Origin: an uncultured Chitinophagales bacterium
Lineage (GTDB): Bacteria; Bacteroidota; Bacteroidia; Chitinophagales; UBA8649
Direction: 5' to 3'
DNA: 64,000 nt
Assembly (NCBI GenBank): GCA_963932515.1
Contig: CAWVRT010000001.1
Coordinates: forward strand, 44,214 to 108,213
Positions within the stretch are counted from its first letter, which is position 1, and the number at the start of each line of letters is the position of its first letter. The notes beneath the pieces were generated by a model. It was not told where the DNA came from. It did not search any database and was given only the letters and a program-made list of their open reading frames with translations. Of the stretch, positions 48,498 through 56,149 are shown in pieces. A program made the translations under genes and the position numbers.

Positions 48498-49337
48498 ATG
48501 AGACATCTCTATTCTTTCATTTTTACAATTTGTATATCTACCCTAAGCTTTGCCGGGGGAGAAAACTTAGTAGCCGGGGCAAATCATGCAGGAATGGGTG
48601 GCACAAATGCTGCAGCACAAAATGTTTTTTCTGCACATAATAATCCTGCAGGAATGGGTTTTGTAAAAAAAATTAGCTTTGGACTTTATACAGATCTTCC
48701 CTATTTAGTCAAAGGGGTAAATAATTTCAATTTAAGTTCAGTAATTCCCGTACAAAAAGTTGGAGCTTTTGGTGTAGATATTAATTACAAGGGCTTCTCT
48801 GCTTATAACGAAACTAGCGCAGGTATTTCTTATGCTAGACAGTTTGCCGATATAGTTTCTGTCGGTATCAAATTTGATTACTTAAGATTAGCCATTGCAG
48901 ACAACGGTTCCAAAAACTTGTTTGCCTTCGGTGTAGGTTTGCAATATCAACCTTTTAAAGTTTTTAGAATAGGCGCTTCCGTTTATAATCCTATTTCTAT
49001 GAAATTAGATGCCGCTTATAATGAAAAAGTAGCCACTACCTTTACCATAGGCTTAGCCTATTTACCTTCTAATAAGTTAAGTATTCTAGTAGATGCAGAA
49101 AAAGAATTAGATGAGAATATAAGATTGAAAGCAGGGATAGAATACAATCCATTAAAACCACTTTTTCTAAGAATTGGTGCAGCAACCAATCCAACATTAA
49201 TAACATTTGGACTGGGTACGGAATTTAAAAATTTTAAATTAGACGCTTCTGCAAGTTGGCATTTAGCATTAGGTATTACTCCACAGATTTCATTAGTTTA
49301 TACTATAAACAAAAAAGAAACTAGTGAGAAAAAGTAA
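48498..49337 (+). CDS. PorQ/PorV-like (FadL-type) outer-membrane beta-barrel protein
   Basis: Start moved to the ATG at 48498, giving signal peptide MRHLYSFIFTICISTLSFAGG. The mature N-terminus GANHAGMGGTNAAAQNVFSAHNNPAGMG resembles the G.R..gmGga......a...NPAg opening of PorV/PorQ-family barrels. Beta-strand periodicity runs throughout. Confidence 0.55.
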   Translation: MRHLYSFIFTICISTLSFAGGENLVAGANHAGMGGTNAAAQNVFSAHNNPAGMGFVKKISFGLYTDLPYLVKGVNNFNLSSVIPVQKVGAFGVDINYKGFSAYNETSAGISYARQFADIVSVGIKFDYLRLAIADNGSKNLFAFGVGLQYQPFKVFRIGASVYNPISMKLDAAYNEKVATTFTIGLAYLPSNKLSILVDAEKELDENIRLKAGIEYNPLKPLFLRIGAATNPTLITFGLGTEFKNFKLDASASWHLALGITPQISLVYTINKKETSEKK

Positions 49338-51555
49338 ACAAAAAATATTTTTGCTTCTTTTGGTACAAGTATTTAGTTTGCTACTTATTACAAAAACCCA
49401 TGCACAGTCAAGTACTACCAATATAGAAGAAATTATTGAAAACATAATGGAAGCCAATGAATCGGAAGATTTTGACTTTGATACCTACTTAGAAATTTTT
49501 ACCAACTATGCTGAAAACCCTATCAATTTAAACAAAGCAAATTTTGAAGTGCTTTCTGAATTACATATCCTTTCTGACGAACAAATCAATAATCTCTTAA
49601 ATTATCGAGAATCTGAAAGGAAATACATAACAATATATGAACTACAAGCTGTTCCTTCATTAGACCTAAACACTATATACAATATATTACCGTTTGTAAG
49701 AGTTTCTGGTGAAATAGCAGATTTTCATGTTCCAATGGCAAAGTTGATATTCAAAGGTAAACATCAAATATTTTTACGCTATTCGCAGCAATTTCCTTTA
49801 AAAGAAGGCTATTTAAAAGACGAAAATAATAGTAGTAAATTTAAAGGCGACCCAACAAAACTGTATTTCAGGTACAAATATAATTACAGCAATAAACTTT
49901 CTTATGGCTTTACGGCTGAAAAAGATGCTTATGAAGAATTTTTTAAAGGAACTAACAAACAAGGTTTTGATTATTATTCTGGGCATATTTTCTTTAAAAG
50001 CAATACTATTTTTACTAAAGTAGCCTTAGGAGATTATCACTTAAAATTTGGACAAGGTTTAGTCTCCTGGACAGGTTTTGGTACTGGAAAATCTTCTTAT
50101 ACTATGGCGGTAAAAAAGACAGGAAGTCCACTTAAAGCGTTTACTTCAGTAGATGAATATCGTTTTTTTAGAGGAGCAGCCACTACTATCAAAATTGGAA
50201 AATTTACCGCTACTCCATTCGTTTCTATAAAACAGGTTGATGCTAATATTTCCTATAGCGATAGTTTAGATAAAGAAATAGAAACACTTAGTTTACAAAC
50301 CTTTGGTTTACATAGAAACGATGCAGAAATAGAAGATAAAAACCAGTTATTAGAAATAAAATTTGGTGCAGGTCTGAAATATGGAAAAAATGACAAACAC
50401 ATAGGGCTAAATGTAATCCATACCCAGTTTGATAAAGAACTTAAAACAACTGTAAAAGCTTATAATACATTTAAAACAATAGGAAAATCTTTTACCAACG
50501 CCAGTTTAGATTATAGTTATATGTTAGGTACATTTCACTTCTTTGGTGAAAATGCTATAAGTTATACTCCTAAAGAGAACAATCAACTAGGTTATGCTTT
50601 TTTAAACGGAGTATTGTTTAGTGCAGACAAAAAAGTAGACTTCTCTTTAGTTCATAGATATTTCGACAAGCGATATGTAACAAGTATAACAACGGATGCT
50701 TTTGGGGAATCTACTACACCAAACAATGAACATGGCCTATATATTGGAACAGAAATAAGACCTGTCAAAAAAATAAAAATAAATGCTTACGCAGACATTT
50801 ACCAGTTTCCTTGGTTAAGGTTTCAAGCACAGAAGCCAACTATTGGTAGAGATTTTTTAGCGCAAATAAACTACAAGCCAAATCGTATTTTCGAAATGTA
50901 CATTAGGTACAAGAATGAAACGAAACAACAAAATACTAGAATAGATTTTGAAGATGATTATGCCTTAGTTAGTAAAAAAAATAAACACTTTTTTACTGGT
51001 TATTTTGAAGGAATACAATTTGAAACAAATGATTTAGGCCAAACGATTATAAAAGCTAATGAAACGGTAACTAAAGATGAAATAGAATCTGTAAAATTCG
51101 TAACAGATCAAACCTTACAGAAATTTAGATTTAATGTACGCTATGTTATTAATAAAACTTGGAGTTTTCAAACAAGAGCAGAATTTAGTATTTATAACGA
51201 TCAAATAAATGGTGTAAAATATGGTTTTATGGCATTTCAAGATGTAAAATTTAAAATGCTTTCAGTTCCTGTTAGTTTTAACTTACGATTAGCTTATTTT
51301 GATGTGCAAGACTGGGGATCAAGAATTTACGCTTATGAAAATGATGTTTTGTATCAATTTTCTGTCCCCGCTTTTAACAATAGAGGAATTAGAGCTTACC
51401 TTAATGTTAGATACAAAATTTATAAAGGAATTGACTTCTGGTTAAAAGTATCCAATACCCATTACACTAATATTTCAGAAATTAGTTCCGGAAATAATGC
51501 TTCAATAGGGAATAACCTAACTGAAATAAAAACACAATTACGTTTTCAATTCTAA
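49324..51555 (+). CDS. Outer-membrane protein: N-terminal ComEA-like helix-hairpin-helix repeats fused to a ~600-aa beta-barrel
   Basis: 743 aa. GTG start overlapping the upstream stop by 14 nt. Signal peptide ...ITKTHAQ. HhH region INLNKANFEVLSELHILSDEQINNLLNYRESERKYITIYELQAVPSLDLNTIYNILPFV. Long alternating-strand region ending in the OMP-type terminus LTEIKTQLRFQF. Confidence 0.65.
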   Translation: MRKSKQKIFLLLLVQVFSLLLITKTHAQSSTTNIEEIIENIMEANESEDFDFDTYLEIFTNYAENPINLNKANFEVLSELHILSDEQINNLLNYRESERKYITIYELQAVPSLDLNTIYNILPFVRVSGEIADFHVPMAKLIFKGKHQIFLRYSQQFPLKEGYLKDENNSSKFKGDPTKLYFRYKYNYSNKLSYGFTAEKDAYEEFFKGTNKQGFDYYSGHIFFKSNTIFTKVALGDYHLKFGQGLVSWTGFGTGKSSYTMAVKKTGSPLKAFTSVDEYRFFRGAATTIKIGKFTATPFVSIKQVDANISYSDSLDKEIETLSLQTFGLHRNDAEIEDKNQLLEIKFGAGLKYGKNDKHIGLNVIHTQFDKELKTTVKAYNTFKTIGKSFTNASLDYSYMLGTFHFFGENAISYTPKENNQLGYAFLNGVLFSADKKVDFSLVHRYFDKRYVTSITTDAFGESTTPNNEHGLYIGTEIRPVKKIKINAYADIYQFPWLRFQAQKPTIGRDFLAQINYKPNRIFEMYIRYKNETKQQNTRIDFEDDYALVSKKNKHFFTGYFEGIQFETNDLGQTIIKANETVTKDEIESVKFVTDQTLQKFRFNVRYVINKTWSFQTRAEFSIYNDQINGVKYGFMAFQDVKFKMLSVPVSFNLRLAYFDVQDWGSRIYAYENDVLYQFSVPAFNNRGIRAYLNVRYKIYKGIDFWLKVSNTHYTNISEISSGNNASIGNNLTEIKTQLRFQF

Positions 51556-51582
51556 ATTTAAAAAATTAACATTAGTTATTGG

Positions 51583-51610
51583 AGGAGGTAAAATTGTAGG
51601 TTTACCTCCT
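51583..51610 (+). other. Perfect 10-bp hairpin after the HhH-barrel gene
   Basis: AGGAGGTAAA-ATTGTAGG-TTTACCTCCT, 28 nt after the stop at 51555. No U-tract follows. Confidence 0.4.
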
Positions 51611-51751
51611 GCGCTAAAGCTTGTAACACTTCTACTATTGCTATGCCTGGAGTTGATGTTCAGACATTTCCACTAACGCTGCAATGGCAACTTTGGAAAG
51701 GTCTTAAGAATTAGTAAATGGAGAGTGAAAATAATTTTTACTTCTTAACAT

Positions 51752-51787
51752 AAAAAAGCTAGACGTATTAAATGTCTAGCTTTTTTT
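51752..51787. terminator. Bidirectional intrinsic terminator (tsf on the minus strand; HhH-barrel operon on the plus strand)
   Basis: AAAAAAGCTAGAC-GTATTAAAT-GTCTAGCTTTTTTT: a 7-bp GC-containing stem flanked by an A-run and a T-run. It lies 19 nt downstream of the tsf stop. Confidence 0.6.
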
Positions 51788-51805
51788 ATTCTATTTATTT
51801 TCTAA

Positions 51806-52792
51806 CTACCCTAGTTGAATTCTTTTATAAGAATCAATAGATAAGTCAGTATTATAGTCAGTAATTGCTTGAGCAACAGTTTTTTTGTCGTCTAAAGCAA
51901 AAAATTGATCTAATAAACAAAGGTCTTGATCTAATAATGTATTATCAGCTACAAATCTTTCTATTTTACCAGGTACAATTCTATCTAAAATAGCTTCAGG
52001 TTTCCCTTCTGCAATAAGTTCTGCTTTTAAAGCTGCCTCAACTTCTTTCATTACTTCAGGAGTTAATTGTGCTTTACTTACATATTGAGGAATATTTTTA
52101 AGGTGTTTCCCTAAACGTCCTCTTTCTTCATTCTCTACTTTAATTTGCTCTGCAAATGCGACTGTTTCTTTTTCAATAAACGCTGCATCAAATTCTTTAT
52201 AAGATAAAATCTTAGGGCTCATAGCTGCAATATGCATAGCTACACCTTTAAAGAAGTTAATATGCTCATCAAAGTCACCATTGGAAGTGTCATTTACTGA
52301 AACTACAACACCAATTTTGTTTCCTGCATGAATATAAGAAACTAAATTAGTTGCATTGATTACATAATAGTTAGCTATAGAAATATTTTCTCCAATAGAT
52401 CCTACTTTTGCAATAATACTTTCTTGAACAGATACACCATTCATATCTGCTGCTAATAATTCTTCTACAGTAGCAAATTTATTATCTAAAGCTATTTGTG
52501 CTATACTTTTCGCGAAACTAACAAATTCAGCATTTTGAGAAACGAAATCAGTTTCACAACTTACGTGTACAATTACACCAGTTTTTCCATCTTCTGTAGT
52601 CATTGCTATTACAGCACCTTCAGAAGCATCTCTACCACCTCTAGCTTCAGCAATTTTTTGACCTTTTTTTCTTAAAAAATCAATTGCACCAGCCATATCT
52701 CCTTCAGAGGCTACTAATGCTTTTTTGCAATCCATTAAACCTGAACCGGTTTTTTTTCTTAATTCGTTTACTTCTTTTGCTGTTATTGTCAT
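51806..52792 (-). CDS. tsf: Translation elongation factor Ts
   Basis: 328 aa. N-terminal UBA-like VNELRKKTGSGLMDCKKALVASEGDMAGAIDFLRKKG, followed by the EF-Ts dimerisation core. Confidence 0.9.
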   Translation of the reverse strand: MTITAKEVNELRKKTGSGLMDCKKALVASEGDMAGAIDFLRKKGQKIAEARGGRDASEGAVIAMTTEDGKTGVIVHVSCETDFVSQNAEFVSFAKSIAQIALDNKFATVEELLAADMNGVSVQESIIAKVGSIGENISIANYYVINATNLVSYIHAGNKIGVVVSVNDTSNGDFDEHINFFKGVAMHIAAMSPKILSYKEFDAAFIEKETVAFAEQIKVENEERGRLGKHLKNIPQYVSKAQLTPEVMKEVEAALKAELIAEGKPEAILDRIVPGKIERFVADNTLLDQDLCLLDQFFALDDKKTVAQAITDYNTDLSIDSYKRIQLG

Positions 52793-52816
52793 TTTATTAT
52801 TTTTTATTTTTATATT

Positions 52817-52846
52817 ATAAAAAAGGTCGGACTTACGCCCGACCTT
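52817..52846 (-). terminator. Terminator-like hairpin between rpsB and tsf (possible attenuator)
   Basis: Minus strand reads AAGGTCGG-GCGTAAGT-CCGACCTT followed by TTTTTT. It ends about 25 nt upstream of the tsf ATG. Confidence 0.45.
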
Positions 52847-52895
52847 ATCTTACTAGTATATGCGTGAGCGATTAATCGCTAATTACTTAGCTATA

Positions 52896-53645
52896 TTAAG
52901 CTTTCTTTTCAGTTGCTTCTTCTTTTTTAGCTGCAGCTTTTTTAGCTCCTTCACTACTTTCTCTTTCTTCTAACCCTTCTTTAACAGCAGCAAATATATA
53001 TTCTATTACTATGTTAATAGACTTAGAAGCATCATCATTTGCTGGAATTGGAAAATCAATTAAGTTAGGGTTAGAGTTAGTATCTACCATCCCAAAAGTT
53101 CTAATATTTAACTTTCTAGATTCTGCAACTGCAATATGTTCGTGTAAAACATCTACCATAAATACAGCTTCTGGAAGTCTATTTAAATCTTTCATTCCAC
53201 CTAATACAGTTTCTAATTTTGCTCTTTGTCTACTCATCATCAAACGTTCTTTCTTTGTAAGACTAGTGTTTGATTCATCTGCTAACAATGTATCAATTGT
53301 TTGCATTTTTTTGATAGACTTTTTGATTGTACCAAAGTTTGTTAACATACCACCTAACCATCTTTCAGTTACGTGAGGCATGTTTACACTTTCAGCTAAA
53401 GCTTTCATTTGCTCTTTTGCTTGTTTTTTAGTCGCAACAAAAAGAATTTTTCTTCCTGATTTTGCAACTTGTTTCAAGGCAGCAGCAGCTTCTTCAGCTT
53501 TCACTATTGTTTTATTTAAATCTATTAAATGTATCCCTTTCTTCTCCATGAAGATATATTGAAGCATTTTTGGATTCCATTTACTTTTTAAATGTCCAAA
53601 GTGAACTCCTGCATCTAATAATTCTTTATGATCTAATTTTTTCAT
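52896..53645 (-). CDS. rpsB: 30S ribosomal protein S2
   Basis: 249 aa. LLDAGVHFGH..WNPKM opening and an A/K/E-rich tail. Confidence 0.95.
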   Translation of the reverse strand: MKKLDHKELLDAGVHFGHLKSKWNPKMLQYIFMEKKGIHLIDLNKTIVKAEEAAAALKQVAKSGRKILFVATKKQAKEQMKALAESVNMPHVTERWLGGMLTNFGTIKKSIKKMQTIDTLLADESNTSLTKKERLMMSRQRAKLETVLGGMKDLNRLPEAVFMVDVLHEHIAVAESRKLNIRTFGMVDTNSNPNLIDFPIPANDDASKSINIVIEYIFAAVKEGLEERESSEGAKKAAAKKEEATEKKA

Positions 53646-53716
53646 ATTCCTATTATTTAATTGTTCTGATAATCATTGTGATAGTATAAACTATACAATA
53701 AGTATCGGAATCCATT

Positions 53717-54103
53717 CTAACGTTTACTAAATTGTTCTTTCTTACGAGCTTTCTTGAAACCTGGTTTCTTACGCTCAACTACTCTTGCATCTCTCAATAA
53801 TAGTCCTTCTGGTTTCAACTTTAATCTATGCTCAGGATCAATTAATAATAATGCTCTAGACATTGCCATTCTAATCGCTTCCGCTTGACCTTTGATTCCA
53901 CCACCTCTTACATTAACTACAAAGTCAAACTGACCTAAAGTTTCTGTAAATTTCATTGGCTCAACAACTTTATTTTGTAAAAAATCTATAGAAAAATAAT
54001 CTTTATAATCTTTTCCATTGATTGTTATAACACCTTTACCTTTACTGATAAACGCTCTTGCTACTGAAGCTTTTCTTCTCCCTACTGCTACATTCTTTTC
54101 CAT
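53717..54103 (-). CDS. rpsI: 30S ribosomal protein S9
   Basis: 128 aa. GRRK.S.AR near the N-terminus, GGG..GQA.A...A motif, and the ...KKARKKEQFSKR tail. Confidence 0.95.
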   Translation of the reverse strand: MEKNVAVGRRKASVARAFISKGKGVITINGKDYKDYFSIDFLQNKVVEPMKFTETLGQFDFVVNVRGGGIKGQAEAIRMAMSRALLLIDPEHRLKLKPEGLLLRDARVVERKKPGFKKARKKEQFSKR

Positions 54104-54106
54104 AGT

Positions 54107-54550
54107 CTATCCTTTTAATGGTTTAGGTTGTTGTGCTTGATGCGGATGCTCTAAACCATCGTATACAAACATTTTCTTAATCATTGCTCTACCTAATTTA
54201 TTTTTAGGTAACATTCCTCTTACAGCTTTTTCCATCAATGCAAATGATTTCTTTTTATTTAAATCTTTTGCAGTAATAAATCTTTGCCCACCTGGGTAAC
54301 CAGAGAAAGAAACATATTTTTTATCATTCCACTTGTTTCCTGTTAATTTAACCTTGTCAGAGTTTAAAACAATTACATAATCACCAGCATCTGTATGTGG
54401 TGTGTATGTAGGTTTATGCTTTCCTCTTAACACAGTTGCAATAACACTAGCCAACCTTCCTAAGGTTTTTCCTTCTGCATCAACAATAAACCATTCTTTT
54501 GTATGGCTTGTTTTGTTTGCGAATTTCGTTTTATAACTTAATGTATTCAC
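54107..54550 (-). CDS. rplM: 50S ribosomal protein L13
   Basis: 147 aa with a GTG start. KEWFIVDAEGKTLGRLAS..A..LRGKHKP.YTPH.D.GD.V signature. Confidence 0.95.
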   Translation of the reverse strand: MNTLSYKTKFANKTSHTKEWFIVDAEGKTLGRLASVIATVLRGKHKPTYTPHTDAGDYVIVLNSDKVKLTGNKWNDKKYVSFSGYPGGQRFITAKDLNKKKSFALMEKAVRGMLPKNKLGRAMIKKMFVYDGLEHPHQAQQPKPLKG

Positions 54551-54607
54551 GTTTAATGTTTTTTTAAATTTAATCCCATTTTGAACTTTTTTGCTCTAAA
54601 TGGAGTG

Positions 54608-54615
54608 CAAATGTA
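54608..54615 (-). promoter_or_regulatory. -7 promoter box TACATTTG for rplM-rpsI
   Basis: Plus-strand caaatgta equals minus-strand TACATTTG, 57 nt upstream of the rplM start. Confidence 0.45.
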
Positions 54616-54663
54616 AAATAACTATTTTTATTCTACAACAAATTTGCCTTATTTATTTATTCG

Positions 54664-54671
54664 TACCTTTG
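54664..54671 (+). promoter_or_regulatory. -7 promoter box TACCTTTG facing the M15 peptidase remnant
   Basis: Exact TAnnTTTG match, 118 nt upstream of the ATG at 54790. Confidence 0.35.
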
Positions 54672-54789
54672 CAACTAATTGATAATCAGTTTAAATTTCT
54701 CACTTTTATTTTTAGTTTCTGAATTTTTATTCATTTATTTGATGCTTTCAATGGAAATTATTGTAATTCTCTATAAATTGCATTCAACT

Positions 54790-54928
54790 ATGAGATTTGT
54801 ATTTATTTTATTGAGCTGTATACTGTTCTCTTCTTGCAGAGAAAGCTGGGATTTTTGGCATTCAAACAGAATGGTGGCATTTTAATAGCTGTAGTAGAAA
54901 GGAAGCAAAACATCTAACAATTGAATAA
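54790..54928 (+). pseudogene. Internally deleted remnant of a lipoprotein M15 (VanX/DdpX-type) D-Ala-D-Ala dipeptidase
   Basis: The ATG at 54790 encodes MRFVFILLSCILFSSCRE, a lipoprotein-type signal. Shifting +1 frame, the next ~80 nt read KAGIFGIQTEWWHFNSCSRKEAKHLTIE*. E-x-x-H within EWWHF is the catalytic Glu / zinc His motif at the C-terminus of VanX-type M15 enzymes. The whole unit is about 140 nt, against roughly 700 nt for an intact gene. Confidence 0.45.
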
Positions 54929-54935
54929 GTTGCAA

Positions 54936-56126
54936 TTAATACTTTCTTAACTTATCTAACTTTAATAAATTTAGGCTAAAACTAATATTCTCACCAAAAC
55001 TTGTTGGAGCAATATTATGAGTACTTATAAATGGAAAATGAAATTGTATAAATTTATCCATTAAATTAAGAGACGCCCCGAACTCTACTGTTGGTTCAGG
55101 TTTGTTTGCTACTTCAATTATAGCAAAATTGGCCCAAGGTTCTATCGGTATAGGAATCGGGATGTCTGAACTTAAATTTAAAGCAGCTAGATATTTATTT
55201 ATTACACCTATTTTTGCTAATGACTTAAATCCTCCATCAGAATTTGTTCCTACTTGTCTTGAAAAAAATGGATCTTGTGAATTTCTATCAAGGAAAAAAT
55301 TTCTGAAATTATAATCTTCTTGGAGTTGAGTATATGCTGAATTTCCAGAACCCAAATATGGACGGTTTTTCGCTGTTAATAAAAATTCTACATCAGGAGC
55401 TTGTAAAGTTTCGTCAGGATAAAGAAATCCCCCAATAAAAAGTCTTGCATAAAAAGCATTGTATTTTTTTGTGGGATAATTTATTATAGCGTTCAGCTCA
55501 CCAGAAAGAGAAACAAAATTACTGCCTTGTTTTAAATCTATTTGTGTAATAAAATTATCTTTTGTTTTATTAAAGTCATACTTAACTGAAAGATGATTTA
55601 CATAGTAAAATTCTTGCTGTTTTCCTTTGTATAAATAATCTAATAGTACTAAACTAGTTTTAAAACCAATTTGGGCTTGGTGCTTGTTTTTAGTAATATT
55701 TTTAACTTGTAAACTAACAAAAGGTTCCACTTTGTTATAGTTTAAGTTTTCTGAATAAGCTAAGTAAGAAAATCGTTGTGTTTGAAAGCCTAACTTCAAA
55801 AGGTTGTTTGCTTTTATTGCTCGAGTATATTTTAGATGAGCATACCCTGTTATGGTTTTAGACCCCAATCCAAACAGAGGCAGTAAAATAAAATCTAGGT
55901 TTTTAAGTTTTGGCTTAGAATAAATAGCTATCCCTAATTGGGTTTTGTCGTAATTATTCCAAGCGGCAATTGGCGTAAAATGAATTTTATTTTTGAGAAT
56001 AGGTATTTGTAAAGTTTGAATTGTTTTAATACAAAACTTAGAAGAATCTAGGTTTAGATAAGTATCTCCATTAGCTTTAGACAGGCTGTAGCAGAAAATG
56101 AATACTATGGTAATTAGCTTGTTAAT
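54936..56126 (-). CDS. Secreted protein of unknown function; frame is open 258 nt beyond the track start but lacks a canonical start codon
   Basis: The track ORF starts at a TTG (55868). The same frame stays open upstream to a stop at 56136-56138. From ATT at 56126 it encodes (I)NKLITIVFIFCYSLSKANGDTYLNLD..., a convincing signal peptide, 24 nt after the upstream gene's stop. No ATG, GTG or TTG occurs in that extension. Confidence 0.5.
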   Translation of the reverse strand: MNKLITIVFIFCYSLSKANGDTYLNLDSSKFCIKTIQTLQIPILKNKIHFTPIAAWNNYDKTQLGIAIYSKPKLKNLDFILLPLFGLGSKTITGYAHLKYTRAIKANNLLKLGFQTQRFSYLAYSENLNYNKVEPFVSLQVKNITKNKHQAQIGFKTSLVLLDYLYKGKQQEFYYVNHLSVKYDFNKTKDNFITQIDLKQGSNFVSLSGELNAIINYPTKKYNAFYARLFIGGFLYPDETLQAPDVEFLLTAKNRPYLGSGNSAYTQLQEDYNFRNFFLDRNSQDPFFSRQVGTNSDGGFKSLAKIGVINKYLAALNLSSDIPIPIPIEPWANFAIIEVANKPEPTVEFGASLNLMDKFIQFHFPFISTHNIAPTSFGENISFSLNLLKLDKLRKY

Positions 56127-56149
56127 TGATCTATAATTTTAAGTAAATC

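Noticed and set aside
48371-48640. 89-aa ORF and the longer 48468 start for the PorQ-like gene
   Set aside because: A -7 box at 48484-48491 and a clean signal peptide from the ATG at 48498 favour the shorter model. The 89-aa frame is an overlapping out-of-frame artefact.
52867-52880. Perfect 14-bp palindrome AGCGATTAATCGCT just downstream of the rpsB stop
   Set aside because: It is short and could fold as a minor hairpin belonging to the rpsB-tsf intergenic structure already listed. There is no evidence for a separate function.
54679-54885. 68-aa ORF taken at face value as a small membrane protein
   Set aside because: Its first 37 codons start at a TTG and are low-complexity. The second half is better explained as the signal peptide of a deleted M15 peptidase gene whose C-terminus continues in another frame (see the pseudogene call).
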